IMG/VR virus record: IMGVR_UViG_3300033146_003479
Location: 1-64,000 of that record
DNA from: a virus
DNA length: 64,000 bases
Direction: 5' to 3' (one strand)
The position numbers and the translations under genes were made by a program. Each line of letters starts with the position of its first letter. Within the stretch, counting starts at the first letter, position 1. Of the stretch, positions 9,019-17,792 are shown one piece after another. A model generated the notes under the pieces. That model did not search any database. It was not told where the DNA came from and saw only the letters and a list, made by a program, of their open reading frames with translations.

Positions 9019-10584
9019 TTACATGAAGCGAGCATACTTAGATGCATCGACAACATTTTTACTTTCATTAAGGCTTTTCTTGGAGTTAGCATTCTTAATC
9101 TTACCTTCAGTAATTTTTTCAAATTTCTTAGGAGATTTTTTACTTGGAGTTCCAGTTGTGAAATTTTCCATAATCACTTTAAGTTTTCTTTTGAATTCTT
9201 TAGTGTTACTGAATTTTCCATAATTTTCAATGATAGTTCCTAATCTCTTTTTATCCATATCTGTAAGATCTTTTGTTGCTTCCATGAAAATTACTTTACA
9301 TTGTGTTTGCTCAAGAGCATTGTGTGCTTCAGTTAATTGCTTTTTCAAGTTTGCATTTTCATTTTTTTGAAGACTGATAACATTTTTAAATACTGTCTCG
9401 TCTTTGTATGATTCAGTAAGAGTTTCGGATCCGTAGATTTTTTTGATTGCGTGTGACATTTTTTCATATAGAGCCAGTTTTTTACTTGCTTCTATAGATT
9501 CTTTAATCATTTTACCATTAACTTGAACGAATTCTTTGACAACTTTATTCATGTATTTGTCCATATGGTTAAGCATTGAATTAGCCTTTTTAGTGGCTAT
9601 TGCTTTTGCCTTAGAATTAGCATACATTTCAAACATTACAACGATAGACTCTTTAAGGTCATCGTCCATAATATCGCTATCAATTTTCTCCATCATTTTT
9701 GCGACCTTTTCTTTAATCTCTACGGCTTCTTCTTCATACTCAACCATTTTTGATTTTAACTCATCATCTTCAGATGCGTTCTCACCTTCAGTTTCAAGTT
9801 CATCATCCTCTTCTGATTTTTCTGCTTCAGCAAATGGATTCTCTTCTTTTTCGGCTTCAGTTTCAAGTTCCGCGTCTTCTTCGTCTTTTTCGGCTTCAGC
9901 AAATGGATTCTCACCTTCAGTTTCAAGTTCTGCTTCTTCATCATCGTCTTCGCCTTCAGTGAAATTTGGCATTTCTGATTCTTTCATTTCCGGGTCAAAA
10001 TCTGGAAGTTTTTCGGATTCTTTAACTTCGAGGTCAACATCTTCTGATTCTTCTGATTCTTTAAATGCAGGAACTTCGTCGTCGTCGTCATCATCTTCAC
10101 TCTCATCGAAAGAGATGTCTTCTAAACTAAGTTCGTCGTCCTCATCAAATTCACCTTCAGCATCTTCTTCCTCATCTTCAGCAGTCATCTCTTCAACTGC
10201 TTTTTGGAATGCTGGCTTTTCTTCTTCTTCTTCTTCGTCTTCAGTTTCGAGTTCAGCATCATCTTCTGATTTTTCTGCTTCTGCAAATGGATTTGCTTCT
10301 GCTTCTTTTACTGCTTCGTCGTCTTTTGGCATAATGTCTGCTTCATTAGAAAGCATTTCTTTATCCGCTTCGGCACCTTCAGATAAACCTTTTTCTTTAC
10401 CTAATGCTGAATTGTGATACTTCTTAGTTTTTCCTGCAAGAATATCATCTACAACTTGGTTAATCTTCTTACTGATGCTAGTTCCACCCATATCAGTCTT
10501 CATGATTTGTACAGCAAGTTTTGATGACTCTTCTGGACTTCTACTAAGATTTTTACCCTCGGTTAAAGGTCTCTTTTTTCCCAT
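9019..10584 (-). CDS. gp22: prohead core/scaffold protein with long acidic insertion
   Basis: between gp21 and gp23; coiled-coil C-terminus (FMEATKDLTDMDKKRL..F.RKLKVIMENF); LTEG/LSEG/LNES cleavage-like sites. Confidence 0.85.
   Translation of the reverse strand: MGKKRPLTEGKNLSRSPEESSKLAVQIMKTDMGGTSISKKINQVVDDILAGKTKKYHNSALGKEKGLSEGAEADKEMLSNEADIMPKDDEAVKEAEANPFAEAEKSEDDAELETEDEEEEEEKPAFQKAVEEMTAEDEEEDAEGEFDEDDELSLEDISFDESEDDDDDDEVPAFKESEESEDVDLEVKESEKLPDFDPEMKESEMPNFTEGEDDDEEAELETEGENPFAEAEKDEEDAELETEAEKEENPFAEAEKSEEDDELETEGENASEDDELKSKMVEYEEEAVEIKEKVAKMMEKIDSDIMDDDLKESIVVMFEMYANSKAKAIATKKANSMLNHMDKYMNKVVKEFVQVNGKMIKESIEASKKLALYEKMSHAIKKIYGSETLTESYKDETVFKNVISLQKNENANLKKQLTEAHNALEQTQCKVIFMEATKDLTDMDKKRLGTIIENYGKFSNTKEFKRKLKVIMENFTTGTPSKKSPKKFEKITEGKIKNANSKKSLNESKNVVDASKYARFM
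9760..10310 (-). repeat. acidic NPFAEAEK..D.ELETE repeats inside gp22 (4 copies)
   Basis: GCAAATGGATT and TTCAGTTTC(A/G)AGTTC recur near 9790-9940 and 10240-10295. Confidence 0.85.
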
Positions 10585-10608
10585 AAGTTATCCTCCTTAT
10601 TTACTGGA

Positions 10609-11304
10609 TTATAAATTCTTTAAGAAATTGTCAAATAGTGATTTGAAAACCATTTGCTTCTCTCTTTTGCTCAAGGTTCTGTCTTTATTTAGTGAATCAC
10701 GAGATTCTTTAATTTTCGTGAAATTATAATTATGTCTAATATTTTTTCTATTTAACCAATTATATTCTAATCCTTCTACAACTTGTTCCATCATAGCCGT
10801 AGATACAGATGGCTCATGAACAATGTCCCAAGTGATTAATTGTAATTCTGTAACTTGACTATTTAAGTCTAATGTTCCTAGCGATCTACTAGATACTCCC
10901 AATTGAACTCCCATATCTAAGATTTGCTTAACAGCATCTCCTTTAGGTCCTCCAATTAATGCTTTTCCATATATCTTATTACCTTCTGTTCTGAGATCAA
11001 TGATTTTATGAGATACACGGTCGAGATTGATACTTGGCTCAGCAGGATGATCTAATTCTCCAATGGCTCTACAAATACTATCTTTTGGATTAACATATTT
11101 ATTATAATATCTTTCAATTTCTGGCATTAAAACGCTAGAACTATATATTCTACCATTTTGATTTCTAACTCCAGCCTCTTGAAAAATACCTTTAATGTAA
11201 TATTGCTTTTGATGGTCTTTATTTTCAATTAAAGTTTCACAATTGTGAAAATTATCATTTTCGTTTAAAAGAATAATTTTATTTGACATTGTATAGTTCT
11301 CCAT
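10609..11304 (-). CDS. gp21: prohead maturation protease (real start may be the ATG near 11289)
   Basis: YIKGIFQEAGVRNQNGRIY; AIGELDHP; LGVSSRSLG; WDIVHEPS. Confidence 0.95.
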   Translation of the reverse strand: MENYTMSNKIILLNENDNFHNCETLIENKDHQKQYYIKGIFQEAGVRNQNGRIYSSSVLMPEIERYYNKYVNPKDSICRAIGELDHPAEPSINLDRVSHKIIDLRTEGNKIYGKALIGGPKGDAVKQILDMGVQLGVSSRSLGTLDLNSQVTELQLITWDIVHEPSVSTAMMEQVVEGLEYNWLNRKNIRHNYNFTKIKESRDSLNKDRTLSKREKQMVFKSLFDNFLKNL

Positions 11305-11318
11305 GGTTAACTTTTTAA

Positions 11319-11326
11319 TATTTAGT
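11319..11326 (-). promoter_or_regulatory. late-promoter-like ACTAAATA upstream of gp21
   Basis: one of several NNTAAATA boxes in intergenic DNA just upstream of structural genes. Confidence 0.55.
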
Positions 11327-11352
11327 TTTTTATTTTTTATATTTTATTAAAT

Positions 11353-11360
11353 TATAAATA
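11353..11360 (+). promoter_or_regulatory. T4-type late promoter TATAAATA for 11396..13069
   Basis: exact T4 late consensus, followed by AGGAG near 11382 and ATG at 11396. Confidence 0.7.
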
Positions 11361-11395
11361 TTACTAAACCATGTTATTTTCAGGAGTAAAATCTA

Positions 11396-13069
11396 ATGCT
11401 AAGATTTAAATTATCATATATTCAAGAAGCCGATGAAAATCAATTTAGAAATCAATTCCAAAATATAGATGCCCAAACATATAAAACTATTTTACGAAAT
11501 GATCCAACATCAAAACTAGATAATGGATTCGTATCTAGAGTGGGTCCATTAGGAAAATACGCAATGATGTTATATAAGAAGCGACCTTTTGAATTAAATA
11601 AACTTGCTGATATTTATGCTGACTTAGAAACATTTAAGCGGAAATCATCATTGATTAATAAATCTATTCAGGACATTAGAGATGTTTCTGAATTAAATCG
11701 ACTAGTTTCGAGAGTGAAAAACAAAGAAACGTCAAATCAGAAAAAAAAGAACATTAAAGATGGCGAAAAAGATATAGTTCTTTATGAATCAATTGATGAG
11801 TGGCAAATTATAATTCCATTAACAAAAGAAGCATCTATTAAATGGGGAATGAAGTGTAATTCTAAATGGTGTACAGCAAGTAATAGCAAGTCTAATATGT
11901 TTGAGATATATATGTCGAAAGGAGATCTATATATCTTCCATAATACGACAGATCCTTCATTATCATTGCAATTTCATATGGATGTGAATGAAATGAGTTT
12001 TATGAATAATCAAGATAAGCCTGTCACTGTATCTGAAATCAAACAAAAATACCCAAATCTTTCGTCAGTTTTAGATAATATAATTAAAGATGAAAAAGAG
12101 AAGCAAATTAACGTGAAAAGTGCATGTAAAATTGATTTAGAACGAACTCGTCAGTTTAATGACACGATTTACTTAAATAAATGGTTATTCCATAGAGATG
12201 TTTCTCCTCTTATTGATTTAGCCGCCGATTTATTAAAAAAAGACTCATTTCAAAATCGGAGAAAAAATAGATCAATTGGAGTTATCGAGTATATGGGAAA
12301 ATACATCAAAGCATTTGAATATAAATTGGACTCAAAACTAGTAATCAATAATGTTCATAAGATTTTTGAACTTTTAGGAAAAGTTAATTTGTTACCTTTT
12401 GGAAAAGCATTTAGTTCTCAATATGAGATTGCATTTAGTGAAGGAAATCTTCGATTGTTAGATGTAACATTTTTAAGTGAAATAAAATCTCTAAATGATG
12501 AACAACTTAATGAGACTCTAAATGCAATAGATGAAATAAAAATTAAAGATGATGTGAGTGTTCGAAAAGCATTTGAATATATAGAGCCCAACAACAAATG
12601 GTTAATTACCATGTCTAAAATTATGAAAAAAATAAAAGGAAACATATCACTTCAATTATTTTATGATTCCACATCGGAGTTATTAGAAACTCTATCCAGT
12701 AAGCAAGTGGAATCAATATTCCATCACGATTTTATATATATAAAATCATTAACGGATAGAAAAAGTATTCGATTTTTAACTATAGTTGAGTCGCAAAGTT
12801 CAGTTGAACAATTATCAATTTGTGTAAAACAATTATCCAAAACTCAAATAGACTCTTTAATTCATCCAGTATATGTTAAGAGATATTTAAAACAACCAAA
12901 CACTCTTAATATTTATGCTCACATCTTTGCTAATTTTATTGATCAAGTTAGTGATAATGTAAAATTTATATCCGCAATTCATTCATATAGTAATGAGTCT
13001 GAATTAATTAAATCTACTTTTTCTAAAAATAAAGACTTATTATCAAAATTGGATATCAAATCAAAATAA
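11396..13069 (+). CDS. WCTAS-motif domain protein, probable head-packaged protein, paralogue of 15..2156
   Basis: EWQIIIPLTKEASIKWG..KWCTAS..FEIYMSKGDL; N-terminus MLRFKLSYIQEA resembles a capsid-targeting leader; late promoter. Confidence 0.7.
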   Translation: MLRFKLSYIQEADENQFRNQFQNIDAQTYKTILRNDPTSKLDNGFVSRVGPLGKYAMMLYKKRPFELNKLADIYADLETFKRKSSLINKSIQDIRDVSELNRLVSRVKNKETSNQKKKNIKDGEKDIVLYESIDEWQIIIPLTKEASIKWGMKCNSKWCTASNSKSNMFEIYMSKGDLYIFHNTTDPSLSLQFHMDVNEMSFMNNQDKPVTVSEIKQKYPNLSSVLDNIIKDEKEKQINVKSACKIDLERTRQFNDTIYLNKWLFHRDVSPLIDLAADLLKKDSFQNRRKNRSIGVIEYMGKYIKAFEYKLDSKLVINNVHKIFELLGKVNLLPFGKAFSSQYEIAFSEGNLRLLDVTFLSEIKSLNDEQLNETLNAIDEIKIKDDVSVRKAFEYIEPNNKWLITMSKIMKKIKGNISLQLFYDSTSELLETLSSKQVESIFHHDFIYIKSLTDRKSIRFLTIVESQSSVEQLSICVKQLSKTQIDSLIHPVYVKRYLKQPNTLNIYAHIFANFIDQVSDNVKFISAIHSYSNESELIKSTFSKNKDLLSKLDIKSK

Positions 13070-13072
13070 AAC

Positions 13073-13101
13073 TTGCATTAATTAGTTATTTATGATATAC
13101 T
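13073..13101 (+). promoter_or_regulatory. sigma70-type promoter with extended -10 and no downstream protein gene
   Basis: TTGCAT (13073-13078), 17 nt, TATACT (13096-13101), with TG at 13093-13094. Confidence 0.75.
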
Positions 13102-13107
13102 ATATAT

Positions 13108-13226
13108 GTTTAAGGGCTCGATTGATTTATAGTTGCGATTACTAACTTAGTTTAGTTTGCAGTGTATATGACAAAATCGACATTTAGAGATGACTTCGAG
13201 ATGCTCCGAAGAAGTCATCTCTTTTA
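13108..13226 (+). ncRNA. candidate structured small RNA (about 120 nt)
   Basis: bounded by the promoter and terminator; long interrupted hairpin 13118..13180 whose G-U pairs work only on the + strand. Confidence 0.55.
13186..13225 (+). terminator. intrinsic terminator hairpin abutting the portal stop codon
   Basis: AGAGATGACTTC / GAAGTCATCTCT 12-bp stem followed by TTTATT on + strand. Confidence 0.75.
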
Positions 13227-14957
13227 TTATCCTTGCTCTATGTCTCCAGGTGAATCGGGCGAATCGGGCGAATCGGGAGCGTCTTCGGACTCGACATCTT
13301 CTTCAGGAGGAGTAGTACTTGCATTTTCTCCATCTCCTGGGATTATTGAACCGACTCCCATAAAATTTCCTTGTTCTTCTTGATTCATTCTTTCAACTTC
13401 AACTGCAATTTGCTCATCGCTAAAGTTAAAAACTTCTCTCCATATGTATCCTTTTGATACATATTTTCCCTCATATGAATCTATCGCATTAACAACATCT
13501 AATTTTGCACTCATAACTTCTAAACGAAGAAATTCAGAAAAATAATTATCATTCGAATAGACATATCTAATTTTTGACATAACGTCGTTGATTTCGTGAC
13601 TACTAACAATTCGCTTAGTTATTAATTGAGTGGCTAATAAATCCTCAAACACTTTTGAGAATTGTCGTCTGAGTTTAATGATAAATTTATAAAATTTCAA
13701 CTCTTCTAGTGATAATTCTCGTCCTGAATTATATGAGACTCCTGAATTCTCTTTATCTGCTCTTCTTGCATATGGAACAGATAATGCTCTCCAAATTTTC
13801 CTTGCAAAATACTCTAAATCGGCTACTTGATCTAAATTTTGACCGCCCGCTAAAGTTGTTACTTCTGTTGATGCTGTACCATTTCTTCTAGGTAACCAGA
13901 AGTCTTCAGTCATGGCTAATACTGCATTTTTATCTTTAATTGTTCCACTATTAACATCATAAACCTTTTCCTGTCTATAATCTCTCATCAATTCTTGAAT
14001 ATGAGATTCGGCAGCATTTGGTGGCAGATTACCAACTTCGATATAAAACACACGTCTCTCAGGGGCTCTCGTGATACGATAAATTAACAGTGCATCTTCT
14101 AATAGAGTCAACTGATTAGCAACCTTCAATGCTTTATGTAAGTATGATAATGGATACTCTCTTGATGGATGATATAGTCCGGAGTCCACATATGTAATCA
14201 ATTCTTTAGGGATCTTTAATTCCTCAAAAGTCTCAGAATCAGTTGTGCCAGATGGAAACGAATACATACCTTCTGAACGATAATATCTATTTGAAAATTT
14301 AGGCTTTCTCACAACAAAGAATTCATCAGTCAGACGACGAATTTCATTGGGATTCCCAACTTCTTCTTTTTCATCAGCAAATACCGTGAATGCAGATACG
14401 AACCTTGAATCCAACATATTTAATTTTTGAATACCATCTCTGATATTATCAACATCAAAAACTTTTTCAAAAAATATTGTTCCATCAACATAAAAATGAC
14501 GAAAAATATAATGACCTTGTCCTCTAAAGTCCAATAGTTCATCTCTAATGAATGAGAATTCATCAATTATCTGCTCTCTTATTTCTGGTGGAATATCATT
14601 ATTAGTGAAGGATAAATTGACTACATTATCCTCATTCTCACTCTGAACAATACTCTCATTAACTATCTCCTCAATAGCATCCTCACATTCAGGCAACATC
14701 GATATGAATCTGTACTTTTCAATTGCTTGTTTACGCTCCAATTCATATAAATCAGTAGACATATATCTTGTAGAGTCAGCAATAAACTCATCGACCTTTA
14801 TTGTCCCTTTTTTTCCAAAGTATTCGCCAAATTCAGACGATGGGCCAGGCGCCTTCATTGCAGAGGTGTTTTTGAAATTCAAGCCTTGCTGATCGATTCT
14901 TTGGATCTTATCTGCGGCTTTGCGATGTGAACTTAATTTATTTAAAAAATTAAACAT
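13227..14957 (-). CDS. gp20: T4-like portal protein
   Basis: PECEDAIEEIVNE; FRHFYVDG; LEDALLIYRITRAPERRVFYIEVGNLP; EDFWLPRR..TEVTTLAGGQNL. Confidence 0.97.
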   Translation of the reverse strand: MFNFLNKLSSHRKAADKIQRIDQQGLNFKNTSAMKAPGPSSEFGEYFGKKGTIKVDEFIADSTRYMSTDLYELERKQAIEKYRFISMLPECEDAIEEIVNESIVQSENEDNVVNLSFTNNDIPPEIREQIIDEFSFIRDELLDFRGQGHYIFRHFYVDGTIFFEKVFDVDNIRDGIQKLNMLDSRFVSAFTVFADEKEEVGNPNEIRRLTDEFFVVRKPKFSNRYYRSEGMYSFPSGTTDSETFEELKIPKELITYVDSGLYHPSREYPLSYLHKALKVANQLTLLEDALLIYRITRAPERRVFYIEVGNLPPNAAESHIQELMRDYRQEKVYDVNSGTIKDKNAVLAMTEDFWLPRRNGTASTEVTTLAGGQNLDQVADLEYFARKIWRALSVPYARRADKENSGVSYNSGRELSLEELKFYKFIIKLRRQFSKVFEDLLATQLITKRIVSSHEINDVMSKIRYVYSNDNYFSEFLRLEVMSAKLDVVNAIDSYEGKYVSKGYIWREVFNFSDEQIAVEVERMNQEEQGNFMGVGSIIPGDGENASTTPPEEDVESEDAPDSPDSPDSPGDIEQG

Positions 14958-14968
14958 GTTTTCTCCGT

Positions 14969-15901
14969 TTACAAATTTATACTATTATTTAGAGTTTCCG
15001 CAATATCATTGATTTGCCAATAAGGGATTCTTAAAAGGGCAACGTTGTTGATTTCACAGAATGCATCTTTAATGTTATCCTTAATCATTCTATCGATTAA
15101 ATTTGTAATACGTGTTAAATTCGACTCATTAGACTTAAATGATGTAGGCAAATAATGTTGTTGTCCATCATATTCAATTAATAAATTATTCACAGGAAGA
15201 TAAAAATCAAAAGGTAAAGTATGTTTATCTTTGCAATTAGTAAATCGTTTTTGAATTTCATACTGAATATCATTATCATCTAAAAATTTACTTATTAGTG
15301 TCTCACCAGCACTTCGATGACATTTTGGACATCTATTCTTCCAAAGAAACGCTGAAGGCTTAATATCCCATTGATGTCCACACACATTATGTCGCATTAA
15401 CACATGTTCTTTGGATACAACATATTTTGTTAGGACTGAGTACTCATCTCCAACTAAATCAAAAACTTCTTTGATGAACATATCATGTGTTTTTTTATTT
15501 GAACAATTTGGGCAATGAGAGTTCTTTTGAAGTATCGAGTTGGCTTGAGGATTCCATATATGACCACAAACGTTGTGTCGAAGTCTAATAGTATCTCTAG
15601 AGGTAGTATATGTATTAATGATTGAATATTCAGAACCATATAATTCATAAACATCTAAAACAAACTGTTCATGTGATTTAGTCCGATTACGATATCGTGC
15701 TTTTTTCGCACATTCAGGACAGCGAACATTATCGTTGATAAAACTGCTCGCTCGAACATAATATTCGTGTTCACATATGTGATGTTTGATTTTAACCTTA
15801 GTTGACATATTAATGAATGCTCCTATTACGGAGTATTCATTGTTAGTTTTTTCGGACACTTCCGACACAAATTCGCTGTGAGTTCGTTTTAATGATTTCA
15901 T
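14969..15901 (-). mobile_element. free-standing Zn-ribbon PD-(D/E)XK homing endonuclease next to the portal gene
   Basis: three H..CGH.W..RCP.C repeats; LPFDFYLP..LLIEYDGQQHY. Confidence 0.8.
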
Positions 15902-15930
15902 AATGATATTTAGAAAATTTAAATATCATT
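15902..15930 (-). promoter_or_regulatory. 11-bp hairpin containing a TCTAAATA late-promoter-like box immediately before the endonuclease ATG
   Basis: AATGATATTTA (15902-15912) / TAAATATCATT (15920-15930); no Shine-Dalgarno. Confidence 0.5.
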
Positions 15931-15961
15931 GATTAAATGCTTCGTAATGAACTTAGATTGA

Positions 15962-16462
15962 TTACTTCGTTGAGATTCTATTATTCCATAAATCGATGAG
16001 TTCTCGTTTACAGTCGAATGTCCAGCCTGCACCATGCTCTAAATAGCATCCTTTTCGAGAGCAGTTCATATCATATGTCATATAATTGGGACGAGAGATT
16101 GACTGAGTTTCGACTTCATGCTCAAATATTTCAACCTTCGATTGACAAAATGGACAAGGTTTTATTATCGGATCTGGATATTTGAATTTTTTACCAATGG
16201 ATACTAGCAAAGGACGTTCTATATCGGTGATATCATCATCTTTAATGAAACATATTCCTTCCTTTGGGAATAACGTAATGAACTCCATAACTATTCGATC
16301 TTCTTCATTCATATATTGTTCAGTAAAATACATTTTTTCAGGCGACACTTTGATTGTATGTGAATCGTCAAACTCATCAAATTCGTATTCGCAATACAGT
16401 TCGGGAATTAATTCAGTTAAGTTCATTATTTGATACATTAGATGCTCAATAGATGTTCTCAT
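15962..16462 (-). CDS. protein with C-terminal Lar (restriction alleviation)-like Zn finger
   Basis: IKPCPFC...C..KGC...ELIDLWNNR. Confidence 0.6.
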   Translation of the reverse strand: MRTSIEHLMYQIMNLTELIPELYCEYEFDEFDDSHTIKVSPEKMYFTEQYMNEEDRIVMEFITLFPKEGICFIKDDDITDIERPLLVSIGKKFKYPDPIIKPCPFCQSKVEIFEHEVETQSISRPNYMTYDMNCSRKGCYLEHGAGWTFDCKRELIDLWNNRISTK

Positions 16463-16884
16463 GATGTTTCCTTCAGAATCTTTTCTAACTCATGTGTTTT
16501 TTTACCCATAAAGTACTTTCGTTGTAATGCTGTATAATCAGTCTCTAATCTTCGAATCAAACTCACTCGATCAAGTCTATGCCAAGAATTATTATCATCA
16601 TTCTGAATGTATTCTGGAGACAAATATCGAATTATTTCTTCTCCATCTGTGTTAATAAATGGCTTAACATGTGCTAACAGTCGAGATGATGTATCCGTTC
16701 TAAATACTAATTGAATTTGAGGACATTTATCTTCAGAAAGAATAATTTTAAATCCTTGATTCTCAATTAATTTTAATATTTCTACATGAAAGGTCTCGCT
16801 TTGCAACTCAAGATCGGCTATATCTTTTCTTTTTTTAATGATTCGTTCGATCTCAGTTTTATTAATTTCTTCTCTATTGATCAT
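16459..16884 (-). CDS. hypothetical protein
   Basis: AGGAG Shine-Dalgarno; ATGA overlap with the next gene. Confidence 0.65.
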   Translation of the reverse strand: MINREEINKTEIERIIKKRKDIADLELQSETFHVEILKLIENQGFKIILSEDKCPQIQLVFRTDTSSRLLAHVKPFINTDGEEIIRYLSPEYIQNDDNNSWHRLDRVSLIRRLETDYTALQRKYFMGKKTHELEKILKETS

Positions 16885-17025
16885 TATCTTCTCCTATTGT
16901 TATCATATAATTCCGTTCTCGGAACAGCACGAATGGCTCTAAAAGCATTTTATTCATCTTTAATTAAACTTTTCCAATCAAATATACTCATCATCTAAGC
17001 AATATAACACATTGATAGTTCTAAG

Positions 17026-17217
17026 TCAAATTTTATTTTTTTCGATCTCATCCATCAATTCTGCAACAGCATCTTTCATTTCACGATGAGACTCTTCGAA
17101 TATATCATTAATAGCAGAATCAACTTCTACTCCACATGATTTCCAACTATATAGTGATAATAGTTCATATTGAGTTAAGTGTGAAATCTTAAAATCATCT
17201 GTCATTTGTTTCTCCAA
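17026..17217 (-). CDS. small hypothetical protein (start possibly at the second Met)
   Basis: in-strand small ORF in the accessory block; GGAG before the second ATG. Confidence 0.5.
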   Translation of the reverse strand: MEKQMTDDFKISHLTQYELLSLYSWKSCGVEVDSAINDIFEESHREMKDAVAELMDEIEKNKI

Positions 17218-17522
17218 TGTATATTATGAAATAAAATCGCGGTTCTAATTTTATCAAATTTAAATTTGGATTCAAACATCAATTGAGGTATATTCAGATA
17301 AGTCAAATATGATAACAAGCCTAACTCAAGAATTAATGATAGTGTGTTTGTTGTATAAATTCCATTTAATATGATAATAATACGTTGAAAAAATAACGAT
17401 CTAATAAAATAGAAAAATTTTTCCAAAAAATCGTCGGATGATTTTAAAAATCGATGAAGATTAATGGTTAAAACGATAGTTGATGCGAACATCAACACAA
17501 TGAAAATGCTTGACAAGATCAT
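17202..17522 (-). CDS. small membrane protein
   Basis: hydrophobic segments ILSSIFIVLMFASTIVLTI and LSLILELGLLSYLTYL; promoter directly upstream. Confidence 0.55.
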   Translation of the reverse strand: MILSSIFIVLMFASTIVLTINLHRFLKSSDDFLEKFFYFIRSLFFQRIIIILNGIYTTNTLSLILELGLLSYLTYLNIPQLMFESKFKFDKIRTAILFHNIHWRNK

Positions 17523-17555
17523 AATTTAAGTTCCTCGCTCAAAAGTTTATATTAT

Positions 17556-17584
17556 AATATATCTCATATAATGATTTTTAGCAA
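17556..17584 (-). promoter_or_regulatory. sigma70-type promoter for the accessory block
   Basis: minus strand TTGCTA-17 nt-TATATT. Confidence 0.6.
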
Positions 17585-17600
17585 AGAAAAATTTACCTGT

Positions 17601-17792
17601 TTACTTTTTTTGGAATTGGCAAATGAATGGTTTTTTTATATAACGCAGAATCATTAGGTAGAGTGATTTCTGAATAGATGGTTGAGCATTTCTTTTTTTA
17701 CATCGAGAACATATCACTTGGAATTTATGCTTTTTTACTGTAGTATTCATCGGATGACCACATTGCGTACACGGAACTCGTATTCCCATCAC
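17601..17792 (-). CDS. small Zn-ribbon protein
   Basis: CTQC and CSRC; AGGAG upstream. Confidence 0.55.
   Translation of the reverse strand: MMGIRVPCTQCGHPMNTTVKKHKFQVICSRCKKRNAQPSIQKSLYLMILRYIKKPFICQFQKK

Noticed and set aside
9536-10417. 293-aa Ser-rich + strand ORF
   Set aside because: Antisense shadow of GAA/GAT-rich codons in gp22; no Shine-Dalgarno or promoter.
13254-13276. 9-bp triple repeat (GAATCGGGC)
   Set aside because: Encodes PDSPDSPDS in the low-complexity portal C-terminus; no sign of separate function.
13162-13383. 73-aa + strand ORF downstream of the 13073 promoter
   Set aside because: No Shine-Dalgarno, crosses the terminator and is antisense to the portal tail; its repeats mirror the portal PDS repeats. 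Cannot be fully excluded without ribosome profiling.
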